From positions 1 to 64,000 of the IMG/VR virus record IMGVR_UViG_3300043410_001256: a stretch of DNA of 64,000 nucleotides. One strand, given 5' to 3'. Positions 57,701 to 64,000 of this stretch are shown here, piece by piece (positions within the stretch are counted from its first letter, which is position 1; the number at the start of each line of letters is the position of its first letter). The notes below the pieces were generated by a model. It saw only the letters and a program-made list of their open reading frames with translations, made no database searches and was not told where the DNA came from. The stretch is from a virus. The position numbers and the translations under genes were made by a program.

Positions 57701-58269
57701 GAAGAATTGATCCAAGTCCAAACAACATTGTTGACTTGTATATTCTAACCAAGAGTTATGCGTCAGACTATCAGTCCTGGATCAAAGATACCAGTGGTAA
57801 AGTGTCTGAGCCAATCAAAGTTGATGTTGAACAACTGCGATTGGCCTACGGTGAACTTGAGAATTACAAAACCATCAGTGATACCATTATCTACAACCCT
57901 GCTAGATTCAAGCCAATTTTTGGTGCAAAGGCCAATGAAGCACTTCGTGCTACATTCAAGGTAGTTAAAAATCCTGAGATTGTTATCAGCGACAATGATG
58001 TCAAGGTTGCGGTGATTGCAGCCGTGAACAAATATTTTGATGTTACCAATTGGGATTTTGGTGAAAGTTTTTATTTCAGTGAGTTGAGTGCGTATTTGCA
58101 CTCAGAGCTATCAACAAAGATTAGTAGCGTGATTATTGTTCCTAAGAGTACACAGCAAAACTTTGGTAATTTGTATCAAATCAACGCTGAACCTGATGAA
58201 ATAATTATTAGTTGTGCTACGCCAGATGATGTTGAAATTATAACTGCTATTACCGCAGTTCAATTGTAA
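54736..58269 (+). CDS. gp6: Baseplate wedge protein (gp6-like)
   Basis: DFETLR...FND..ESS...LID, E.F.DTA..R.SV..LA...Y.P, FGDG, and QNRMIT.EDY motifs. Confidence 0.9.
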   Translation: MAATTRQTNLLVQQDWKKIYQTFQNADFQSYDFETLRKTMIDYLRTYYPEDFNDFIESSEYVALIDLIAFLGQSLAFRNDLNARENFIDTAERRDSVLNLARLVSYVPKRNVAATGLMRVEAISTTEALMDSNSIELSNVPVNWNDPGNDNWLEQFSLVLNAALIDSQVVGKPGNSQAIGGIQTDEYSLNILNNVLPTFSYESNVNGTLMRFEMVSPTSLNQEYVYEREPRPRSIFNLLYRNDNLGNDSTNSGWFMYFKQGELRNLDFTLDQKLPNRTVSVNVDNINNDDVWLYQLDDNGNYVELWEKTESVTGVNIIYNTSVNRNLYQINTRAGDQVDLVFGDGAFANIPSGKFRLFYRVSNGLNYKIAPAEMQNVLVPITYVSRNGRAETLTLRASLYYTVNNANARETLTEIKNKAPQQYYTQNRMITGEDYNILPFTKFNSILKIKSTNRSSSGISRYLDTLDVTGKYSSTNIFAEDGILYRNESIDSLDFVPQTSGDIIGQFNEILNNQLLVNNYIAFSQFIYSKFRRFKTTDLDVNGSIFQCAWQQMTVSTNQSTGFLCTAQSYNATLNATTGKQTTGTLALPALKTGAASSNSLKYVKPGSIIKFRATSDNGLLPKYFNSANEIVDGSPNATGDHLYIYATVVNVLGDGTGDGVLTTADAGPITLSTFVPTGAYIDEIIPKIYNIIPPDVLRSAVTLINSKKNFGLRFDQIQATWNIIQPQDLKLKQSNSVLINTDGYNAEYSGTYAGDETSSSLDSSWIMAFVSGTFGYKIYYRQINYIFESEQETKFYFDPRVRVYDSKSATTLSDQVKVLRSNSLPDGNTALYEDKTWFIYKMIVDPDGRENTNKILVKFSDNNRDGVPDNPDIFEELVNPAVNSSSKYVYFKRTYNNNSFEQFTPIASTLVSTLYASQGDIVQAYNLYEDGQIFYATEENKFYDLSVTASRGVETRTLTQSANGEKYLWLYGRRGLYFQYRHASPSNRRIDPSPNNIVDLYILTKSYASDYQSWIKDTSGKVSEPIKVDVEQLRLAYGELENYKTISDTIIYNPARFKPIFGAKANEALRATFKVVKNPEIVISDNDVKVAVIAAVNKYFDVTNWDFGESFYFSELSAYLHSELSTKISSVIIVPKSTQQNFGNLYQINAEPDEIIISCATPDDVEIITAITAVQL

Positions 58270-58281
58270 TGAAGTGATAGA

Positions 58282-61200
58282 ATGTCTATTAAAAGTATAA
58301 ATCTTTTACCTGAAGTATTCCGCAGTGAAACTAACAAAAAGTTTCTTGCAGCCACCGTTGATCAATTGATCAGCGAAGCAGACACCACTGTACGAGTTGA
58401 TTCTTATATTGGTCGTCAAGATGCACCAGCATGGAGCACTGGCGACACTTATATCAAAGAACCAAACACAGATAGGAAAAACTATCAACTTGAATCTTCG
58501 GTACTAGTAGATGCTGGTCAAGGCCAGACTGACTTTTACAATGGCTATCTAGATCTATTACAACAAATTTCATACTATGGTGGTTTAACAAATGACCATA
58601 GCAGATTGTTCAGCAGTGACAGTTACACATTTGATGGTTGTTTTGACATTGACAAGTTTGTTAACTTTACACAATACCTATGGCTACCAAATGGCCCGCC
58701 AGAAGTTACTGTAACCGCGAGCAATCTAGATGTTTCGTCTCTGTACAATGTCAGCAGATCACTTGCTGTACAAGGTTATCAGTTTACTGAATTTGGTAAC
58801 GATAAAAACCCTATCATCACATTGATCAAAGGACAAACATATCGTATCAAGGTTAACCAGCCAGGTCATCCATTTTGGATCCAAACAAATCTAGGTGCCA
58901 CTGGAACCTACAGCGAAAGTGCAACCGAACTAAGTCGCCGTGTGCTCGGCGTAAACAACAATGGTATTGATGTTGGCGAAATTGAATTCAGCGTACCAGC
59001 TGGCAATGCACAGGATACTTTCTTAACAGCAAAAACAGCAGCCACAGTTGATTTTGCCACAACTAAAAAATACAGCCAAATTCAAGGCGCAATGACTAAC
59101 CAGCTTGCTCTCATTGGAGGCATTGATGGAGTTAGTCAAGGTTTGAATGGCAAGACTCTAATCTTTTTAACTGATGACAACAACAATGATGCCTGGACAG
59201 ATCCTGGTAACTTTGACGTAGGTACAGAAAACGGTCAGCCGGGTACATTTGATTACGACGGCGAAGGATTTGAAGCAGGTGATACCGTTGCAGGTGTAAA
59301 CCGCAAGGGAATTTTTAGAATTCGTTTGGTTTCTGTTGCAGGCGGTCGTCAAATTGTTAAACTGGATCCTATCCAACAAGTTGCATTGGGAGAAAAAGTC
59401 TACGTCAAAGCAGGTACAAAAAATTCCAACGTTGAATATCTATTGAATCAATCAAATCAATATGAAGCAGTTCCTCCTCTTACTGCTTCGTTGGATACCT
59501 TGTACTATCAAGACGGGTCAGACAACAAGTTTGCTGGTATTATTAGACTGGTGAATCCAGGCACAGAAACAATTAACATCGACGAAGATATCGTTGGTAA
59601 AGTAAACTATACAAGTCCTAACCAGGTGGTGTTTACCAACGGTCTGCATGTTAGATTTGATGATACTGCAATTCCAAGTTCTTATGCTAACAACAATTAC
59701 ATTGTTGAAGGTGTAGGCGATGCAATTAAATTGATCAGCATTGGTAATTTCAGTTCTCCTGAAAACTATGCACAACTCAGCAATCTTGCAACTCCTGACT
59801 ATATTACGATTAATCGCGCCAGCCGCGATCTAAATGCTTGGTCCAGAAGCAACCGTTGGTTCCATATTGAAACAATTGAATCAGCAGCCAAGTACAGAGA
59901 AGAGCCAGCATTGCTGGACATATCGGGTATACAAAGAGCCAAGCGTCCAATCATTGAATTTGATCCAGACATTTATTTGTTTGACTATGGTCGCACAGCC
60001 AAAAGCCCAGTTGATATAATTGACTTTACTATCACTGATGCTTTCAAAGAAGTTGAAGGACAAACGAACTATGTAATTCGTATGCCCAACGGCGTTACAC
60101 GTGCTCTTACTGCTGGTACACGAATTATTTTTGCTGCCGACGAAGATCCAGAAGTAAACAACAAGATCTACAGAGTTGATTTTATTACAACCAGCACTGG
60201 AACACAGATTCACTTGGTGAGTCAAAACACCAGCACGTTGCCAACATACACAGTAAATTCTGCTGTAATAACATCAAATCTAAGCTACAACTTTATACCA
60301 AGTGTAACATTCTCTTCTCCACTGCCAGGCATTGGCACAGAAGTTGCTACAGGTAATGTAGTTCTAAAAACATCCGGTGTTGATTCAATTGGCGTAAACA
60401 ATTCAGGCATCAGCTATGTTGCTGATCCTTATATTTCTATCAGCAGTGATTACACCACCGCAGTTGAAACCAATATTGTATACCAGCCTTACAAGCACGT
60501 TGACTACATTAGACTTGTTGCACGTGGTACTGGCTACACAGCAACCAATCCAAATGTACACATCAGTAATCCTAATACCTACTATGCAGTAATTTCAAAT
60601 GCCACAGTAGGACAGTTTGGTTTAACTTTTGAAGCCAATGGCATTACAACCAGTCAATGGCTAGGCATACAACCAGGCGCTCAGGTAATTGGTAACGGTA
60701 TCATTGGCGGAACAATTATTACAGCAGTAGATCAAACTGCAAACTTGATCACAATCAATGCACCTGCTATTTCAGCTAACGTTGATTCAGTGCCACCTAT
60801 TTCAGGTATTACCACAGTGGCCATTGGTGACCAGTGGGTGTTCAAGACCAATGTAACTGCTGGCACTTATGCAGTTGTACAATCTACTGTACAAAATGCC
60901 AAGACTGTTACAGTTGATGATACCAGCATGATTGATGTTGGTATGATTGTCAGCGGCGGCGAACGACCAATATCTATATCCAGTATAAGAATTGATGTTG
61001 TGCCAACTCGTGTAATTACTTCATCACTGCACAATCTCAATGACGGAGACTTGATCTTTATTCGCGATATTGTTGGTACAGTTGAATTAAACTTTTCACG
61101 TTACTATGTAAAACGAATCAGCGAAACTGCAATTGATTTGTACACAGACTCTAGTTTTTCTACTGCCGCACAACAAGACTCACGTAACTTTACAGACTAT

Positions 61201-64000
61201 GTAAGCGGTGGTTTGATCACTGCCTACACCATTGACTATGCTCAAACAAAAGTAGCAAAGGTGTTAAGTTCTACACAGTTTGTAACAGACAAGAATGTAA
61301 CAATTCGTGCTGGCGCAAAACTGGTGTTTGCAGGTGTTCCTGCTACTGCTATTGCACGTAGCGATGGTAACTCCATTTATAATATTTCCGTTACCAATGC
61401 CGGCTCCGGATATGCATCTGCACCAACTGTTACCATTGAAGACACACAAGGTAACCAGGCCACTGCAACTGCTGTGGTAAATGATAATCTTATTAGCTAT
61501 GTTGAAATTGTAAACCCAGGCGCTGGTTACAAAGTTGGTGAAAATGTACAAGCTGAAATTGTAAGTTATGTAGAACTGAAAACATCGGCTACATCAACTT
61601 ACGGAACTGATACTTTGTATTTTGCAGAAGGCACAGACCTTAGTGCAATTAAACCAGGTTGGTTGGTATTCTTGGTTTCTACTATTAACGGCAATGAGTT
61701 GTATACAGATTTTGGATTGACTCCGTATGCGGAAACAGATTACACTGGACCAAATCCGGATGACTACATTTCGTTTATGGATATTGCACTAACACGTGCA
61801 GATATTCGTACAGTTGTTACTGTGGACACCGATCGTTTGGTATTAGATGGGCCTATTAGAAGCTTAGACTCAGATGGCGAAGTAATTGACTTGCCATTGG
61901 ATTCCAAGATTTTTGTAACTTGCCAAAGCAGATTCTTCACAGAAGACGGTTATGGTTCTAGTGCTAGAGTTCCAGGAAATACAAAATCTGGATTCCTTAG
62001 TGTTGCAGAAATCGTAACTGGCAATGAAATGGTTCTAGACACCGTTGCAGGTGTACAACCTGGCATGGTAGTTAAAGATGTATCTGGATACATTTCCTAT
62101 ACCGTTACTGTATTAAACGTTGATGCTTATACTAGAAGAATTAAACTTTCCGGTGACGTTACTGTTCCAGCACTAACACCAGTTTATTTCAACAACAATG
62201 CAGACATAACAGCAACCATTGCATCATCTGAAATTGACTACATTGACATTACAAATTCAGGTCGTGGATATGTACATGCTCCACAAATAACTATTGAATC
62301 ATTGTATCCTGTTGTTACCAAGGTGGCAGCATGTACTGGCAGCACAAATTTAATCACATACCTTGATCCAACAACTCTAGCACCAATTCAGTACCAGTCT
62401 GGTAAAGTACTAAAAGTTGACACCTACACTGGTGTAGTTGTTGGTGCAAAAGTAACAAGTACCTATGATAACTTTGGTGTTGGTTTAACCACTGGTGCAA
62501 ATACACCTAAAGTTGTAGCATTGGTTCTAGAACAAACAGCGTCTGCGGTGTTTGAAAAGAGAATTGTATTAGATATACTACAACCTGAGTTCAGTGACAT
62601 CGAAGTAACATTTACCTATGCCGCCGAAGCAGTGGCATTAATTGATCAGCAGAACTCTGCAATAGATGTCGAAGACACCACACCAGAAACATATGATGTT
62701 GGCGATACTGTGGTTGTTAATATTCCTACTAACGCTAGACAAACTTCGACTAATATTGTTACATACAATCAATATTATTTTACAGGCACAGAATGGTTGC
62801 CTGCACAACAAAAATCAGACACCAATCAAGAACCACTGTTTGATGCGTTTGATAAAAATGGATACAGTGCCGGCGATGGTACTACATACCCTGGTACTAA
62901 ATTCACAGGTACCAAGATCTTTGGATATCGCATAGGCTCGGGTAAAGCAGACACTGTGCTGAATTTCTCACTGACCTATAAGAATTTCCAAAACGTTGGT
63001 GATATTGAATTCTCTAACTACTTCCAGACCGATACGTTTAGTTACTTGTTAGGGTTTGGCGAAGTTTCAATTCCAATTAAGAACTTTGTTCTTAAACAAA
63101 GCACCAGCGACAGTTATCGTTTAAGAAACATCTGGACTCCAGTTACTGAAAAATCAAAACAGTATCAGGTTATCACACATCAATATGATGGTACAACCAA
63201 CTATTTTGAAGTTGACATTGAACCAGAAACCAGCAACACAATACCTTACTTAAAAGTATTTGTTGGAACTACCCTGCTGGATTCAACACAGTATGTGCTT
63301 ACACAGTTTGGCGGTCGCAAGGCTATTGTTATTAACACATCTAACCTTGACACCAACAAACAGGTTATTATTAAAATATACAGCAAGTCACAGTCTACAA
63401 TTGGACATTATGAAACACCAGTTAACTTTGATTTGAATCCATTGAATAATAACTTTGAGTATTTGACACTGGGACAAATTAGAAATCACCTGGTTACCAA
63501 AACACAAAATCACTATGGTTTAGTTGGCCCAACACTGGGAAATAATAACCTACGCAACATTTCTAATAAGAGCTGGCAAGGCTCAATTCTACAACACGCA
63601 AGTCCTGTGGCCATGGCAGCTTTGTTTATGACAGACAAAGATTTGAATGTTGTTCAGGCAATCGAATTTGCACAAAAAGAATATTCTAAGTTCAAGAATC
63701 GTTTCTTGGACATGGCAGCTAAGTCACAGATTGACCCATACGATATTCCTGCATCGGTTGATCGTGTATTAGAAAGCATCATGGTAGGTAAGAGCTCAAT
63801 GAGCCCGTGGTACGACAGCGACATGGTTCCATACGGATCAAAGTTCCGTAAAACCACTCGCATACCAGTGTTGAATGTAAGACAAAAAACATATCTGATT
63901 CCAGATACTTTTGATCCTACTGTGCTATCTCGTCGTGCGGTATTGGTATACTTACAAGACACAACCACTAGAACTGTTCAACAGTTAATAAGAGGAATTG
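58282..64000 (+). CDS. Giant baseplate protein (gp7-like), 3'-truncated, >1900 aa; absent from the ORF track
   Basis: ATG at 58282 (MSIKSINLLPEVFRSETNKKFL...). No stop codon was seen where the frame was read, and it is open at the window end. Contains N.G.GY...P.V.I repeats and an H.L.DGD.I.I...G..ELN..YYV module. Confidence 0.8.
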   Translation, partial: MSIKSINLLPEVFRSETNKKFLAATVDQLISEADTTVRVDSYIGRQDAPAWSTGDTYIKEPNTDRKNYQLESSVLVDAGQGQTDFYNGYLDLLQQISYYGGLTNDHSRLFSSDSYTFDGCFDIDKFVNFTQYLWLPNGPPEVTVTASNLDVSSLYNVSRSLAVQGYQFTEFGNDKNPIITLIKGQTYRIKVNQPGHPFWIQTNLGATGTYSESATELSRRVLGVNNNGIDVGEIEFSVPAGNAQDTFLTAKTAATVDFATTKKYSQIQGAMTNQLALIGGIDGVSQGLNGKTLIFLTDDNNNDAWTDPGNFDVGTENGQPGTFDYDGEGFEAGDTVAGVNRKGIFRIRLVSVAGGRQIVKLDPIQQVALGEKVYVKAGTKNSNVEYLLNQSNQYEAVPPLTASLDTLYYQDGSDNKFAGIIRLVNPGTETINIDEDIVGKVNYTSPNQVVFTNGLHVRFDDTAIPSSYANNNYIVEGVGDAIKLISIGNFSSPENYAQLSNLATPDYITINRASRDLNAWSRSNRWFHIETIESAAKYREEPALLDISGIQRAKRPIIEFDPDIYLFDYGRTAKSPVDIIDFTITDAFKEVEGQTNYVIRMPNGVTRALTAGTRIIFAADEDPEVNNKIYRVDFITTSTGTQIHLVSQNTSTLPTYTVNSAVITSNLSYNFIPSVTFSSPLPGIGTEVATGNVVLKTSGVDSIGVNNSGISYVADPYISISSDYTTAVETNIVYQPYKHVDYIRLVARGTGYTATNPNVHISNPNTYYAVISNATVGQFGLTFEANGITTSQWLGIQPGAQVIGNGIIGGTIITAVDQTANLITINAPAISANVDSVPPISGITTVAIGDQWVFKTNVTAGTYAVVQSTVQNAKTVTVDDTSMIDVGMIVSGGERPISISSIRIDVVPTRVITSSLHNLNDGDLIFIRDIVGTVELNFSRYYVKRISETAIDLYTDSSFSTAAQQDSRNFTDYVSGGLITAYTIDYAQTKVAKVLSSTQFVTDKNVTIRAGAKLVFAGVPATAIARSDGNSIYNISVTNAGSGYASAPTVTIEDTQGNQATATAVVNDNLISYVEIVNPGAGYKVGENVQAEIVSYVELKTSATSTYGTDTLYFAEGTDLSAIKPGWLVFLVSTINGNELYTDFGLTPYAETDYTGPNPDDYISFMDIALTRADIRTVVTVDTDRLVLDGPIRSLDSDGEVIDLPLDSKIFVTCQSRFFTEDGYGSSARVPGNTKSGFLSVAEIVTGNEMVLDTVAGVQPGMVVKDVSGYISYTVTVLNVDAYTRRIKLSGDVTVPALTPVYFNNNADITATIASSEIDYIDITNSGRGYVHAPQITIESLYPVVTKVAACTGSTNLITYLDPTTLAPIQYQSGKVLKVDTYTGVVVGAKVTSTYDNFGVGLTTGANTPKVVALVLEQTASAVFEKRIVLDILQPEFSDIEVTFTYAAEAVALIDQQNSAIDVEDTTPETYDVGDTVVVNIPTNARQTSTNIVTYNQYYFTGTEWLPAQQKSDTNQEPLFDAFDKNGYSAGDGTTYPGTKFTGTKIFGYRIGSGKADTVLNFSLTYKNFQNVGDIEFSNYFQTDTFSYLLGFGEVSIPIKNFVLKQSTSDSYRLRNIWTPVTEKSKQYQVITHQYDGTTNYFEVDIEPETSNTIPYLKVFVGTTLLDSTQYVLTQFGGRKAIVINTSNLDTNKQVIIKIYSKSQSTIGHYETPVNFDLNPLNNNFEYLTLGQIRNHLVTKTQNHYGLVGPTLGNNNLRNISNKSWQGSILQHASPVAMAALFMTDKDLNVVQAIEFAQKEYSKFKNRFLDMAAKSQIDPYDIPASVDRVLESIMVGKSSMSPWYDSDMVPYGSKFRKTTRIPVLNVRQKTYLIPDTFDPTVLSRRAVLVYLQDTTTRTVQQLIRGI

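Noticed and set aside
58267-58284. Read-through fusion of gp6 with the in-frame giant ORF, or genome-wide stop-codon recoding
   Set aside because: Two consecutive stops (TAA TGA) separate them. TAA, TAG and TGA all end conserved genes, and core ORFs are intact in the standard code.
58306-63968. Short ORFs listed in the last 5.7 kb, suggesting a non-coding or degraded region
   Set aside because: They lie within one long plus-strand frame starting at 58282, which was probably not listed because it has no stop inside the window.

Overview
This is a gene-dense 64-kb segment of a large, distantly T4-related myovirus, probably a jumbo phage, using the standard genetic code. From left to right it carries: (1) the 3' end of a probable tail-completion gene, a Nudix hydrolase and a Maf/Cst-like glycosyltransferase; (2) a ~28-kb minus-strand cluster of fibre and virion-appendage genes, including a 4550-aa protein with 21 knob-like repeats and two Mtd_N proteins; (3) the head module (gp23, gp22, gp21, core proteins, gp20 portal) and a tape-measure gene; (4) a divergent gp26/gp51-like pair apparently joined by a -1 frameshift; (5) a ~420-nt structured non-coding region directly downstream of an Hjc-type resolvase; (6) a gp55-gp47-radical SAM-gp46-radical SAM-resolvase block; and (7) a plus-strand baseplate operon ending in a >1900-aa ORF that the ORF track missed. 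Two promoter classes are visible: late NNTAAATA at about 15 sites and sigma70-like TTGCTT-N17-TAnAnT at 3 sites. The most interesting items are non-coding: a putative large ncRNA with two possible pseudoknots next to origin-like DNA hairpins (40893-41297), a ~69-nt sRNA with its own promoter and terminator behind the capsid gene, and a structured 5' leader. All family calls come from motifs recognised by eye, and all RNA structures were paired by hand. No database search or folding program was run.
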